DNA of 63,889 nucleotides, the filler included, from Craspedostauros australis (Eukaryota): assembly GCA_030167865.1 (NCBI GenBank). It is 9 parts of 9 records of this genome, joined end to end, with 100 filler letters (N's around TTAATTAATTAA, not from the genome) between each part and the next. Parts side by side here need not be neighbours in the genome. Positions count along the whole stretch, not along the records: positions 28,507 to 40,502 come from JALAGF010004251.1; positions 40,603 to 45,196 come from JALAGF010004252.1; positions 45,297 to 49,688 come from JALAGF010004253.1; 6 more parts are not named here. One strand, given 5' to 3'. Shown here piece by piece: positions 33,914-45,754 of the stretch. Both the position numbers and the translations under genes were made by a program. Within the stretch, counting starts at the first letter, position 1. The number at the start of each line of letters is the position of its first letter. Below the pieces are notes generated by a model that worked only from the letters and a program-made list of their open reading frames with translations, was not told where the DNA came from and made no database searches.

Positions 33914-36646
33914 TTAATTGTCCAGGGAACAGGCCGCCTGATTGGGGACGATACAATCAATGACATGGTCGATGGTGTACGTCGCCATGTCACCTCCAGC
34001 GCACAGTTCTTCCTGTGCACAGGACTGGCATTGCCCAGCCCCGCAGATGTTCTCCTTGACGACAATATTGTTTGTTGCATCTTCGGCATTGGCAAGACCA
34101 CTGCAAGCATCCTCTCCCTTGCAAGCATCCTTCTCGATGAACAGGCTTCCTTTGACTTTATCGAATCCGCCATGCGCATTCTCGCAAGCACTAAATCCTC
34201 CTTGGCACGCATTCTCTCCAACAAAAATATCAGCCACAACTGGCGAGACGGTAACACCTTGGCTTGTGCGATCTCCAAGGCTCCTGCATGCAAAAGACTC
34301 GTTGCAAGCCCCACTCTCAATTCTGATATTGCCGAAGATGTCTCTTCCAAGGTCTTGACAACTCTGTTGTGCATTGCATGCGTTTGGTCCAATCACCCGG
34401 TACCCAACCTGGACATCAGGGTGGGGTTCATCACGGAAGCGACCCACTCCGTCGGAGGCCCTGTGCCCCACGCAGCTTTTGATGATGATAGTGTCAGGGA
34501 AGACGTCATGGCATGCGCGATCACCGCGACAGGAGTCCTTGGTGACTGTCATGACACCAGAAAAGAGAGGGGTGCAAGCTTGAAAGCCCGAGCAACAGTC
34601 GGTGCCACAAGCGCCTTCCAATGTGTCTTCGCTACCAGTGAACAGGCTTGTGCCGTCCTTCACAGTCTTCACCAGCAGCTCAGTCACACCAAGATCGTCC
34701 TTGATCCTGTCGAACCTGGCCTGAGCTTCTTCAACAGTCACGACCCCAGGAGGATTCGCATTGTTACAACCGAAGATGCTCTTGATCATCTTCCCGTTGT
34801 CTCCTAGATCTTCAACGTTTGCAACGAAGTCTGCACATGCACCATCGCCGTCACCACAAAGGACCTGCTTGGAGATCGTATTGAAAACCTTCGTGACATC
34901 TCCTGGATTTGCGAGGCATCCAACATACATTCCAGGTACATTTGTTGGACGCGCAGACGGTTGATCAGTTGGTGCAACGGATGGTAGGCTGGATGGGCGC
35001 GCAGACGGTAGGGTGGACGGTAGGGTGGATGGGAATGCGGATGGTAGAGTGGATGGTAAAGTGGACGGTAGGGTGGATGGTAAATTGGACGGTAGATTGG
35101 ACGGAACAGGTGTGGGCTCAACCGACACGGTAGGATATGGGGTGGGAAAGAAGGTAGGACACTCCGTTGGCAATGTGTCCTTGCCAACGCAATGCTCTTT
35201 CACCTTGTCACCCGTTGGAAGGAAGTTTGTGTCGCTGCCTCCCTTGGGACAGGCTTCCCCCGCATCACTGATGAGATACACCTCATCATGATCGCACTCC
35301 ATCTTTGTCATGCATGCCCAACAGCTCTGAACACCGCCGCAACCACCAGTAGGGACGATGATATCCGTCCTCATCCTGTCATTCAAGCCAAGCTTCTCAC
35401 ATGAGCCTTCATCAGCACAGCCACCATCACCGATGGTCAGGCTTCCTGCAATCTTGCCACCAGGAAAACGACTCACGGTCGAATGGGCAAGCCTGCAGGC
35501 ATTGCTGCCAACACAAGCATTCGAACCAATGTGGATGTGACTTTGATAGCGGAAGGATGGTGCGGATTGTGCGACGCGGCGTCCAGCCGAAGTACATGAT
35601 TCGGGACCAATACACGCACCCTCCTGGATGGTCACGTCGCCGCTGGACAGATGGCCCACTCCCTCACAGGATTGCGCGCTGGTGCATGCGCCTTCACCAA
35701 CGAAGGTCACTCCAGTGATGAAGGGATTGATCTCGCTCTGATTCATCGATTCGCATGCACTCACACCAGTGCAGGAAGAATCCAGGATGAGAGGGTTCGG
35801 TCCCATGTCCTTGCAGGCGCTGCTGTCGGTACAGGCCGTGACGGCGACGGTCATGAACGGCGGAGGGGCGGAGTTGGGCGCAGAACCGGTGGGTGAGGTG
35901 CATCCCGATGATCCTTGGCAGCATGGATTGGCGACGGATGGAGATTGGGCCATTGCGATGGACATACATGCTGCCTTCATCGCATCTGGTCGTTCGGTGA
36001 CGAGAATTGGGTTCGTGGCGGCAATGCGGGTGAGCTGCTCAGCGAGCATATCATGAGATGCGTATTTGTTGAAGAGCTTGCGAGCGGCTCCTTCTCCAAG
36101 GTTCCCTGCACATCCGAAGAAGTTCTGTAATGCCATGGATTCCCTCACAGCGGTCACTGCCTCGCGGCATGATGGCTTGGCAGAGTTGCAGATGATGGTC
36201 TTGGGTTTGGTTTCATCTGTTGTGAGGATGGTGGCACCATCGGGCTTGCAGAAAACGGAGATGATGGAATCGAAATCCATCGGAGGAGCTGATGGAGCCG
36301 GAGCTGGCGGCATGGTCGGCGATGAGGTCGGAGAGCGTGTCGGATCGGCCGTTGGATGAACGCTTGGAATCCATGTGGGCATGGTGGTTAGATCTGCAGC
36401 CTCATTGGAGGTCGAAGGCATTGGTGATGGCGGCATGGAGGGTTCGGAAATGCCGTTCTTATTCGTTTTGGCACCCTTGTTGTTGCCAACGCCGACAATA
36501 GCCTTGAGTGTGCGGGTGGCTTGCAATGCCAGGTGCATTTCATCCACCACATCCGTCGCCTTTTCTCCGTTGAGGCGCGCTTCAGCCACCGCCATGAAGG
36601 CAACAAGGAGAATGGTGATGGCGATTGTCTTGGTGTGGATTATCAT
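33914..36646 (-). CDS. Secreted cysteine-rich repeat protein with Pro/Ser/Thr linkers (910 aa)
   Basis: ATG 36646 gives signal peptide MIIHTKTIAITILLVAFMAVAEA; two modules of xCxGxxxC repeats (ACIGPESC, ACVGSNAC, SCRGDRAC, ACKGEDAC), each preceded by a PS/PT-rich linker including (PSTL)n at ~34975-35105. Confidence 0.85.
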   Translation of the reverse strand: MIIHTKTIAITILLVAFMAVAEARLNGEKATDVVDEMHLALQATRTLKAIVGVGNNKGAKTNKNGISEPSMPPSPMPSTSNEAADLTTMPTWIPSVHPTADPTRSPTSSPTMPPAPAPSAPPMDFDSIISVFCKPDGATILTTDETKPKTIICNSAKPSCREAVTAVRESMALQNFFGCAGNLGEGAARKLFNKYASHDMLAEQLTRIAATNPILVTERPDAMKAACMSIAMAQSPSVANPCCQGSSGCTSPTGSAPNSAPPPFMTVAVTACTDSSACKDMGPNPLILDSSCTGVSACESMNQSEINPFITGVTFVGEGACTSAQSCEGVGHLSSGDVTIQEGACIGPESCTSAGRRVAQSAPSFRYQSHIHIGSNACVGSNACRLAHSTVSRFPGGKIAGSLTIGDGGCADEGSCEKLGLNDRMRTDIIVPTGGCGGVQSCWACMTKMECDHDEVYLISDAGEACPKGGSDTNFLPTGDKVKEHCVGKDTLPTECPTFFPTPYPTVSVEPTPVPSNLPSNLPSTLPSTLPSTLPSAFPSTLPSTLPSARPSSLPSVAPTDQPSARPTNVPGMYVGCLANPGDVTKVFNTISKQVLCGDGDGACADFVANVEDLGDNGKMIKSIFGCNNANPPGVVTVEEAQARFDRIKDDLGVTELLVKTVKDGTSLFTGSEDTLEGACGTDCCSGFQACTPLFSGVMTVTKDSCRGDRACHDVFPDTIIIKSCVGHRASDGVGRFRDEPHPDVQVGYRVIGPNACNAQQSCQDLGRDIFGNIRIESGACNESFACRSLGDRTSQGVTVSPVVADIFVGENACQGGFSACENAHGGFDKVKGSLFIEKDACKGEDACSGLANAEDATNNIVVKENICGAGQCQSCAQEELCAGGDMATYTIDHVIDCIVPNQAACSLDN

Positions 36647-37883
36647 GGTTTTCGCGTTGTATGGTATGTCGTGGAGTGATGGAATGGTGGGATTCGTTGC
36701 TGTTGCTGTCAGTTTCCGTTTCGAATTGGAGCTTGTCGATTTTGTGAGAGGAGAGGTGATGATGCTGATAATGATGCTGATGATGATCCTTCTGCTTCCT
36801 TTTTCTCTTTCAGACAACGCCAAGAGCAAGGAGCTTCAACTGTTGGAGTTGGAGAGCACATGTTTGATGTCGTGCGTGATGCTGTACTGTTCGTGTTGCT
36901 CCGAAAAGCGAAGGTTCCCTCCTTGCATTGCGTTGTTTCCAATTTCGTCTTCACTCAGAAAAGGCGTGTCAACGTGGTCGCGAACTCATCAGAGCATCAC
37001 GCAGGCTGAAGCTGATGGCGCAAGAGGGAACATGCGTACCATGCAGTAGGACATCGTAGTCCAATGCCCTTGAAAATGTGCGCTGATGTCAACCACAGTT
37101 GAAGTCTGTGTGGACCGCCTCCAAGGTCGGAGATGGGGCAAGTCGCCGAAACCACGAACCAACCTCCGCATGCAGGATGGATCTGTTCGCATCGTGTTGT
37201 GATGTGTGAAACGTTGTCCCCATGACGTTGCTGTCAATTCGCCTGATGAAAATGACATTGGCTTACTTCAGCCCGTGCCCTTGTCTGTTCCTTCGCTCTT
37301 GCTTCTGATCTTGCCCTTGTTCCATGAGAGTCTGCATGCGTCATTAGAGACGCACTTCGCTGCACATCGCAGGCCACCACACCATCTTGATTGCCGACAC
37401 CTGCCGAACACTTCAATGTGTGTGGTCAGGACAGGATTCTCAGACGAAACGATGTGGTTGTGGGAAAAGAAGAGAAGAAACGGAGTTGCGGTAATTGCGT
37501 ATTTCTTTCGATTACTGAGACCATTCGATACTGTCGTCCGTCCAGCCGAATACGTATCTTCCTCTCTCTCTTTCCAGTTATCGTACGTTCCACAGGCACA
37601 CCATCCAAGTCATTCATTCTCTGCATGTATATCGCACCATCTTTTCGTTGGTTTCTGCATTTCGCTGATTGACTCGTTACTTCAGTTGTAACTCTATTCG
37701 TTCCGTCGTCGTCCCATTGCTTCGTTCATGCGCATCCTGATCCAGCAGTCCGTTCATTCATTGACTCGTGTATATTCGAGTGAGCTTCGTCACCTCTGGT
37801 CCAGCTCACTTGTTGTGGCTTCAGGCTCCAAAAAGCCGCATGCAACAGCTGCGGCCCACCCGTGCCTTCAATTGGGTGGTGTC

Positions 37884-38419
37884 TCACATCTGACCTCGAG
37901 CTGGGTGGTGGTTGGAGCGGGCCCACGATGGACCACCAACCAACTCTTTGATATTCGGACGGCTGAATGGCACTGACTGTGTCACCTCAAAGAACAGATT
38001 CTTGCTGCTGTAAACCACAAACAGACCTGGCTCCAAAATACAGTGGGCTTGGCAGTATCCGGGCGACCAGCTGACATGTACAGTCCCCATTTCTTGGCCT
38101 GCTCTGCATTGCTCTTGTTGACGATCACGTTCTTCATTGCAATAACCTTCTCCTTCGTATCGATGGAGATGGCGACAATGCTCATGTTGGTCTTGAGGAG
38201 ATTGGAGTCGTAGGCCTCGATCAGTTTGAGCTGACCAACGCAGATGGGGCAATGGATGCCACGGTAGAAGACGAGGAGGGCGTAGTTGTGTTTGGCGGTG
38301 TCCGAGCTTGATGTGACCTTGGAGTTGTTCTTCATGATGGTGCCATGGAGGTTGAATGTGCCACCGGAGATGGTCGGGAGGGTGAGGGCTGGGACGGTTT
38401 GGTTTGGGAAGACGGTCAT
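37884..38419 (-). pseudogene. AhpC/TSA (peroxiredoxin-like redoxin) gene with frameshift near 38034
   Basis: Frame 1: PALTLPTISGG..LLVFYRGIHCPIC...VAISID...WGLYMS. A second frame continues EPGLFVV...QSVPFSRP...HPARG. One missing base joins them, and a central segment appears deleted. Confidence 0.8.
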
Positions 38420-40233
38420 TTTGGAAGTGGGTCGTTAAATGTTGGTTGCTGTTTGGTCGCGTGCGATTTGGCTTTGTGAGATGAAAGGAGAAGGAGTAGG
38501 ATCCGAGTGCGTCCATCACCCATCATCCATCATCCATCATGAGATCTGAGGAGGCTAGGCTGGACACAAGGTGAATGGTCTGGTACTGGTGGTTTGCTTT
38601 GCGATGTTTTGCTTGCTTCATGTGAAAGCGGAATGGACATGCGTGTTCGGAACATGCGGTCCCGAGATCCTTGTCAATTGCTTCCGAACAACTCTTCTGC
38701 AAGTGTGCTCGAGTACATCGCGGGTACAACTATGTACAGGTTCGCTGATACACAAAGTTGCGTGACGACGTAGCTCGTCCGCGGCGCATGAGCTGACTTG
38801 CTCATACCCACTGGGGATCGAAACGCGCCCGCTCCAAGCCGCTTTGAGCCAAGCAGCGGATCGATCAGCACATGGCGAGTGCAGCTCCATCTACTGCACA
38901 AATCAATGAGAACAATGGGAGTCCGGCATGGAAGAGTAGAATAGAAATGGAATAGCGACACTGGTGGCGAACATGACTGGAACAACTTCAGCACTCCAGC
39001 ACGTCTGCATGCCGGCAATCCATTCCATACATGCAGTACGACCTGGCACTACCGTCGCTCGACACTGGCCATACTGAATGGAGTGCACATCATGGAGATG
39101 CAAGGTCAACAGCAACACCAGCAACACCAGCAACACCAACATCATGCGACGTGTGAAGCTGTGAGTACGAATGCGGATCTGCGCGAAGAAAGGGTGGTAT
39201 GTGGCTTGTGTGGCTTGGTCGCTTGGTTGATTGATCATCGCAGAGCGCTGCTTGCCATCACACAACATCGCGAATTGTGGCGAATTGTGACGATCTGTTT
39301 TGCTGTTCACTCGTTGGGCGAGAGTTGTCTCAACAAAGGACGACAAGTGGTCATTGAGTGAACAATACGGGACCAAACCACGAGTGTGCGATAAATGTAG
39401 CTATTCCACTTAGTAAGATCGATCATTCAGTTCTTGATCTTGTTGCGCCTGTCGGTTTCAGTCACCAATCACAACACGCGAGCGTCGCACCCAGTCATTC
39501 CTGATGTCGAACAAAACCAACACCACAAAATCAACACATCACATCGCATCACATCTTCTACTCATCCCATGACCAATACTCAAACGATGTCGTTCATACC
39601 AGTACCAACAATCGGCACCGCTGGTACTATTAACACTATTGGCACAACTAGCACAACTAGCACTACTATCCCTTTTAGTACTGTTGGTGCTATTGAATTG
39701 ACGCTCCAATCCATCACAACAAACGATTCGCTGGAGTCTCGGCACGAACGAAACTGGGGGCACGGGTGAGAAACAAGACCAATTGCCATGATGGATACAT
39801 ACTACGAGCACTCCAGCAGAGTGAGGGTGCATACTCGTGTGATAAAAAAGATGCAACAGTCGGCAGATCACCCGCTCGAGCAAAGTGCCATCAAGATGGA
39901 TCTTGCTCTTGCAATCCGCAACCGATTGTAGTCCTGCGCTGACATGCATCTTGCAATGGGCTCGATTCAATGATCGATCGAGATGTGCCATGCACGAGCT
40001 ACAGAGCAGTAGCAGTCCTGCATACTCCTCCTGCACCAGCGAACGAGTGGAATGCAGGAATACATGAATGAGTGGAATGTAACCTCCTCTAGAGAGTGGG
40101 GTCCATCTCTCGTCGTCTCTTCTCATCTCATAAAATCCAATCGCATTCAACAGCAACAATACCAGCACATCACAACAACACCGTACTTGCACTCGCACTC
40201 GCCATCAACACCACCAACAACGAACGAACAACC

Positions 40234-40502
40234 ATGAAACTTTCATCAGCCCTTCCCATCTTCATCGCAATCATCGCGACTGCCTCAAACATCGCCGCAT
40301 CGGCAACAGACCATCATTCTGCCGCCGGCCGTGATTCCCAACATGACACCGAAGGGCGCGCACTCAGAGGCGGTGCCCACACCAACGGTTCTGCTCCGCA
40401 TCATCATGATTCTCACATCAACGCGAAGAAGACCACGCGTGGCGGAGATCGTCCAAAGAGGCATGGACATGGCAGCAGCCCAACCCACAACAAGCGCACC
40501 CA
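40234..40502 (+). CDS. Secreted protein N-terminus, truncated by gap (possible subtilisin paralog)
   Basis: MKLSSALPIFIAIIATASNIAASA signal peptide followed by GRALRG, similar to the NRALRA motif of the neighbouring subtilisin. Confidence 0.55.
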
Positions 40503-40602
40503 NNNNNNNNNNNNNNNNNNNNNNNNNNNNNNNNNNNNNNNNNNNNTTAATTAATTAANNNNNNNNNNNNNNNNNNNNNNNNNNNNNNNNNNNNNNNNNN
40601 NN

Positions 40603-41818
40603 AAGTCTTCATGATCGCTCACGATTCCAGTGTCCAGCACGCAAACCGTCACGCCTTCTCCCTTGGTCTTGTACTGCTCCCACACCAACGGGGCGTTGAC
40701 CATGTCGATTCCGTACGGTCTCCTTTGGCTTCCGACTTGGAGGTTGCGACCGCCAGCATGATTGTCCGCATCGGCACCCTCCACAACCACGGAATCATGG
40801 ATGTACAGCGGCTCGCGGACCAAATCCTCGTAGTAGTCGTACCCGTTGAGTACGGGCATGTCCGACAAGCTCAAGGACAACGCCACGGCATCGATGGTAT
40901 CAAGGTCGTGGACGATGCTGATGCTGTTGTTCGTGTCGACGCCAGCGTCGGCAGTCAGGGCCTCGATATCCTTGATGCATTGCTCATGAGAGACGCCCGA
41001 TGGGCACATGACGACGACGCGGACAAGGTCTTCATCGACGACCACAGCATCATCGCCAGTCGCGCCGGCGCCGACATCATGCACCGGGTCCTCAGTTTCA
41101 TCCTCGTTGCCAAGGACGTGGAAGGAGACGTCCGTGTCGGTGCCACCGTTGGATGCGGCCAATCCGCGAAGCTTCTTCGCGCCACCGGAGGCACCATCGG
41201 CGCCCCTGTTGGTCGTTCCACGGCCGTCTTCAGCACGAAGAGCGCGGTTGCTGCTGCTCTCGATGGCATCGCCAGCATGCTTGTGGGCGAAAGCTGGCGG
41301 AGTCGAGATGAGCGTCGACAAGACGAAGAGGTTGAAGATGGGGCGGGAAAGCTTGAACATGATGTTGAAGGTAGGTTGATATGGTTTGGTGGGATGGGAT
41401 GGTTTTCTTGATCGGTGAAGTTCCAAATTGTGAGCACTTCATGTTTGTCATTTCGGATCATCCATGCGATTCGCGCCGAACGCCATAATAGCACGATGTT
41501 ACATTGTTGCAGCCGTGTAAAGTGAATAGTGGTTGCATACGAGTAGTACTTCAAGAAGAAGTCACAGTGGCGACACTTGCAACTCTCACTCTCCATTGTC
41601 TGTTGTCTATTGTCCATTGGAACTGTCTCGTCTACAATTCTTCCTGTCGGACTTCCACACTTCTGCACTTCCGTATCTTTGGCTTGCGATTCTGCGCATG
41701 CTCATTTTCTGCTATTCGTTGACGTGGAATGTTGTGTTCCAGCATACCGCAGCATACGGAGCAGAGGAATGTCTGCTATGGCTGTTCCGACATGCGTACG
41801 AAGACGAAGATGGAATAG
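40603..41818 (-). repeat. Inverted copy of 45297-46512 (subtilisin promoter + most of exon 1); probable unmerged contig overlap
   Basis: Mirror-identical ORF set; coordinates sum to 87115; both copies begin exactly at a contig edge. Confidence 0.93.
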
Positions 41819-42562
41819 GTGCGAGATTCTGTCAGAGCACTCTGTAGTATTCTACTCTACTCTGCTTTACTTTACTTTACTTTACTTTACTTTACATCAT
41901 TTTATTCAATTTTATTCACAGTTGCCGAGGTGGAATGTTTGCTGGTGTCATCGGTGCCATTTTCTCACAATGTCCGAGAGGGAAGCTTCAAAGATCGCAT
42001 ATCCTGTGTGTATCCTTCTTCACCGATTTGACACGATTGTTGGCGGAAGCAAATCTCCATGTATGGTCCGTACAGTACGTACGAGCCACGAGCATGAGAG
42101 AGTGTTCAATCAGTTCCGACGAACAACAGCTGCCCAATGTTCGCCGCAATATGCTCCAGTCATTCAATCATATTCATGAGGATTGCGAAGCTCGGAGTCG
42201 GCGTGCCTTTCTGTTTTCGTGTGGTATTGAGGTGGTGTCAACCGCAAATCTTCGATAACTCTCTGTTCTTCCAAAGGAGCAGAAACATGAGGGTGGATGG
42301 TGCATTGGTGTCGTGTTCGTGTCCACCAATGCAAATGCAGAAGTATAGAGAGGAGAGGGCACCATACAGTCACACAGAGTATAGTAGTCCCACGTATGGT
42401 ATGCATGCAAACGATCGCGCATGGATCCTCCAGAGAGTTGGAATGCATCAAGATTCATTGGCTTGATCTATTCCATCGCGCAGACAAAGACTTGCGTGGC
42501 TTCCGTGTTGGTTGGAGTTGGAGAACATGCGAGAGAGAGGCCTGAAACTGCGCGCGAGAGAT

Positions 42563-42705
42563 TTTTGGCGCGCGGGTTGTTGGGTCGTGCGTGACAAATG
42601 ATTCACGAGTGCAGTTGAAGTTCATCTAAAGAACGGACTACTTTTCACTCAGTGTGTTCCTTGTCGCACCTTGAAATTATTTTGGCGCGAAATGTTGGCG
42701 CGAAA
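42563..42705 (+). promoter_or_regulatory. Cluster of E2F-consensus-like sites (TTTTGGCGCG at 42563, TTTTGGCGCGAAA at 42680, TTGGCGCGAAA at 42695)
   Basis: Match to the TTTSSCGC E2F consensus; a further site TTTCGCGCCAAAA at 51354-51366. Function not shown. Confidence 0.45.
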
Positions 42706-43449
42706 CCTCCCACCAACAAATACGGAACAATCACTCTTTTCCCTCCATCTCCCACACTCATTCATGAATCACCACTGACTCAAACACTATCCGAAGTCAA
42801 TGGGATCAAGATACCCTGGGAACTATGTGCTCTCTTGAACTATTGTAATGCAGCCAACCTGAATTCCGTTGTCAGCTAAACAACCTGACAACCTTGCATG
42901 ACAACAGCCAAGAGATCCTCCCNNNNNNNNNNNNNNNNNNNNNNNNNNNNNNNNNNNNNNNNNNNNNNNNNNNNNNNNNNNNNNNNNNNNNNNNNNNNNN
43001 NNNNNNNNNNNNNNNNNNNNNNNNNNNNNNNNNNACTACGATGAGATACTGGAGAAAGAGAGAAAGAGAGGACCCGTCCGCCCTCAGCACTGAACCTCTG
43101 AAGGTCAGTGCAGAGCCGCACCATTCAGACCGACTATCGTTTCTTCATCCCACATCTCAAACTGATCAACTCACAATGCAGACTATTCAAATAACATATA
43201 GCACAACTCAAGATCAGCACTACAACACTAATCTACTCCATTGTCACTAACTACTAATCTCCAGACGGTCGCCACACGTTGACTTCATCATCAGATTCCT
43301 TGAATCTGGCAGTCAACTAGGCCATCCCTTCCGGATCGTGTCACAACAGCACACGAAAATCCAACTGGTAGCTGCGAGTGGTTACACCAACGTTCACCAA
43401 CTCTTCTGAGCATCTTCCTCTGCCAACCGCTCGCAAGGTCTCTTTGAGA

Positions 43450-43625
43450 CCAAGCCCCAAGGCTACGCTCGCAAACCGAGCAACCTGCAAGGACCCTCAG
43501 GTCCAGAGTGGACACCAAGCTCCACGGCTCGCAAACCGAGCAATACCAAGCGGACCCTCAGGTCCAAGGTGGACACTAAGCTCCACAGCTCGAAAACCGA
43601 GCATCTCGAGAGGACTATAAAGTCC
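43450..43625 (+). repeat. ~60-bp tandem repeat (about 3 units) in the retrotransposon leader
   Basis: GCTCG(C/A)AAACCGAGCA at 43467, 43527 and 43588. Confidence 0.85.
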
Positions 43626-43844
43626 AAACTGACGATACCCGATCATAACATCGGACCGCAGTAGCCTCTGCTCAAGCAAGCTCAACCGCGCCTGCAGACC
43701 AGGCGCCTGCCTTCTCCAAAGCCAGCATCGCACTTCAGTGCACAACTTCAAAACGAAGTGAAGTCGAAGCTAGAGCAGTAGAACGCAGAACAGATCGATC
43801 CCTTCGAAGTCAGAAGACCCCTCAAGGACCCGAAACTGCTCATC

Positions 43845-44843
43845 ATGGCGGAAGAGGACCCCATCCCAACGATGGGAGAGCTGCAAGCACAGCTCGAGAC
43901 CATTCGGACTGAAAACCTTCGCCTCCAAGAGGCAACGTTGACAGCCGAAGCCAACGCTGAAGCAGCGAACATGGCAGCAGCCGTCTCCCAAGCCGCAGCT
44001 GACGCCATCACGGACCCCAAGCCAAAAAGAAGCAAGCGTCCGGATGACGACAGCGATGACGACGACGAAGACCTCACCACCAAGCCAACTGTTCCCATCA
44101 TGAGTGGAATGAGCCAGCAAGGCCGCAACTGGGTGCCCTGGACAGCAGGCGAACCAAACGTGGAATGGACTGGTCTCAAGGATGAGTCTCAAACCATGTG
44201 GACGCACGCCCAACAGCAGAGAATTCTCCACAACGGAGCCGACTCTGTGAACCAATCCAAGCGCGAAACCGGATTGACCGACAAGTTCAAGAAGGTGGCA
44301 ACATTCAGCAATTCATCCGGCTGGTACGCAACCACATGAGCAAGACGGGACTCTTAACCATGGCATACATTGCCAATGACGCTGCAACCCCAACAATGGT
44401 ATGTGTCCTCGACTCACCTGCCTCCTTCACCCTTGAAGACTCAATGAGGCATTTCGAAGCGTACCACGAAAAGTGGGACAACTACGACGTCCAAAACAAC
44501 GGGGCAGCCGCCGCGTTCTTCCGCGACAGCCTTGACCCAGTCCTCGAAGATCAGCTCATGAACCGAATCGAAGAAAAATACCACAACCACTTCCTAACCC
44601 TCTTCATCGAGTTCATGAATAGCATCACCGCCAACTCGTTGGACGAGCAAGACAAGATCGCAAAAGACATCCGTAAAGTCGATTGCTCCCAGTTCGCTGG
44701 TGAGAATGTCGGCGAAATGGCCGTTAAGCTTCGCGCCCTCTGCAAGAGCCTTGATGACGCTGGTCGCTTCGACCTCCATCTGCTCCGCAACATCCTCGAC
44801 ACCTTCCTTCAGGCAGGCGGCAAGTTCCTCTCCGGTGAACAAT
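43845..44843 (+). pseudogene. gag: Diatom copia-type gag, frameshifted near 44294 and truncated by insertion at 44844
   Basis: VPWTAGEPNVEWTGL...RETGLTDKFKK then a frame change to GNIQQFIRLVRNHMSKTGL...WDNYD..N..A..F..DSLDP...SQFAGENV..MA...L...G.FD..L...L..FLQAGG, as I recall for diatom CoDi gag. Confidence 0.75.
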
Positions 44844-45196
44844 TGTTGGCAAGTTCCGCTCACGGTAACCTACGATCGTGGAAGATGGTGTTGGTTGATA
44901 GTCGTCTGTTTGCTATTTCATTACGTTGNNNNNNNNNNNNNNNNNNNNNNNNNNNNNNNNNNNNNNNNNNNNNNNNGGCGCTTCAATCTGTTTCGCAGAT
45001 TCGGTCTCCGACTATGAGTCGGTACGCGAGATCCTCTCTCGCTCCTCTCTGTATTCTCTCTCTCTCTTTCTCTCAACATCGTGTGCTCGTGCTACACGAT
45101 CCTCCGTGTTTCATGCGTACTCCGCATTCGACACTCTGTTCATTCAGTACTGGCTTCTACTCCATGAGTACTTACCATTTGAAGTTCACCTTCAGT
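44844..45196 (+). mobile_element. LTR-like repeat (TGTTGG...CAACA, ~44844-45078) plus internal sequence, nested in gag
   Basis: Homologous to 4836-5190; gag similarity stops exactly at TGTTGG. Confidence 0.75.
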
Positions 45197-45754
45197 NNNN
45201 NNNNNNNNNNNNNNNNNNNNNNNNNNNNNNNNNNNNNNNNTTAATTAATTAANNNNNNNNNNNNNNNNNNNNNNNNNNNNNNNNNNNNNNNNNNNNCTAT
45301 TCCATCTTCGTCTTCGTACGCATGTCGGAACAGCCATAGCAGACATTCCTCTGCTCCGTATGCTGCGGTATGCTGGAACACAACATTCCACGTCAACGAA
45401 TAGCAGAAAATGAGCATGCGCAGAATCGCAAGCCAAAGATACGGAAGTGCAGAAGTGTGGAAGTCCGACAGGAAGAATTGTAGACGAGACAGTTCCAATG
45501 GACAATAGACAACAGACAATGGAGAGTGAGAGTTGCAAGTGTCGCCACTGTGACTTCTTCTTGAAGTACTACTCGTATGCAACCACTATTCACTTTACAC
45601 GGCTGCAACAATGTAACATCGTGCTATTATGGCGTTCGGCGCGAATCGCATGGATGATCCGAAATGACAAACATGAAGTGCTCACAATTTGGAACTTCAC
45701 CGATCAAGAAAACCATCCCATCCCACCAAACCATATCAACCTACCTTCAACATC

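Larger units (their letters stand above)
42870..44843 (+). mobile_element. Ty1/copia (CoDi-type) LTR retrotransposon, 5' part (putative LTR from TGTCAG, leader, gag), interrupted by a second LTR
   Basis: gag-like ORFs downstream; TG start; repeat-containing leader; LTR end not defined. Confidence 0.7.

Noticed and set aside
44283..44300. Programmed -1 frameshift in gag
   Set aside because: No X XXY YYZ slippery heptamer, and it lies mid-gag; a 1-bp deletion in a dead copy is simpler.
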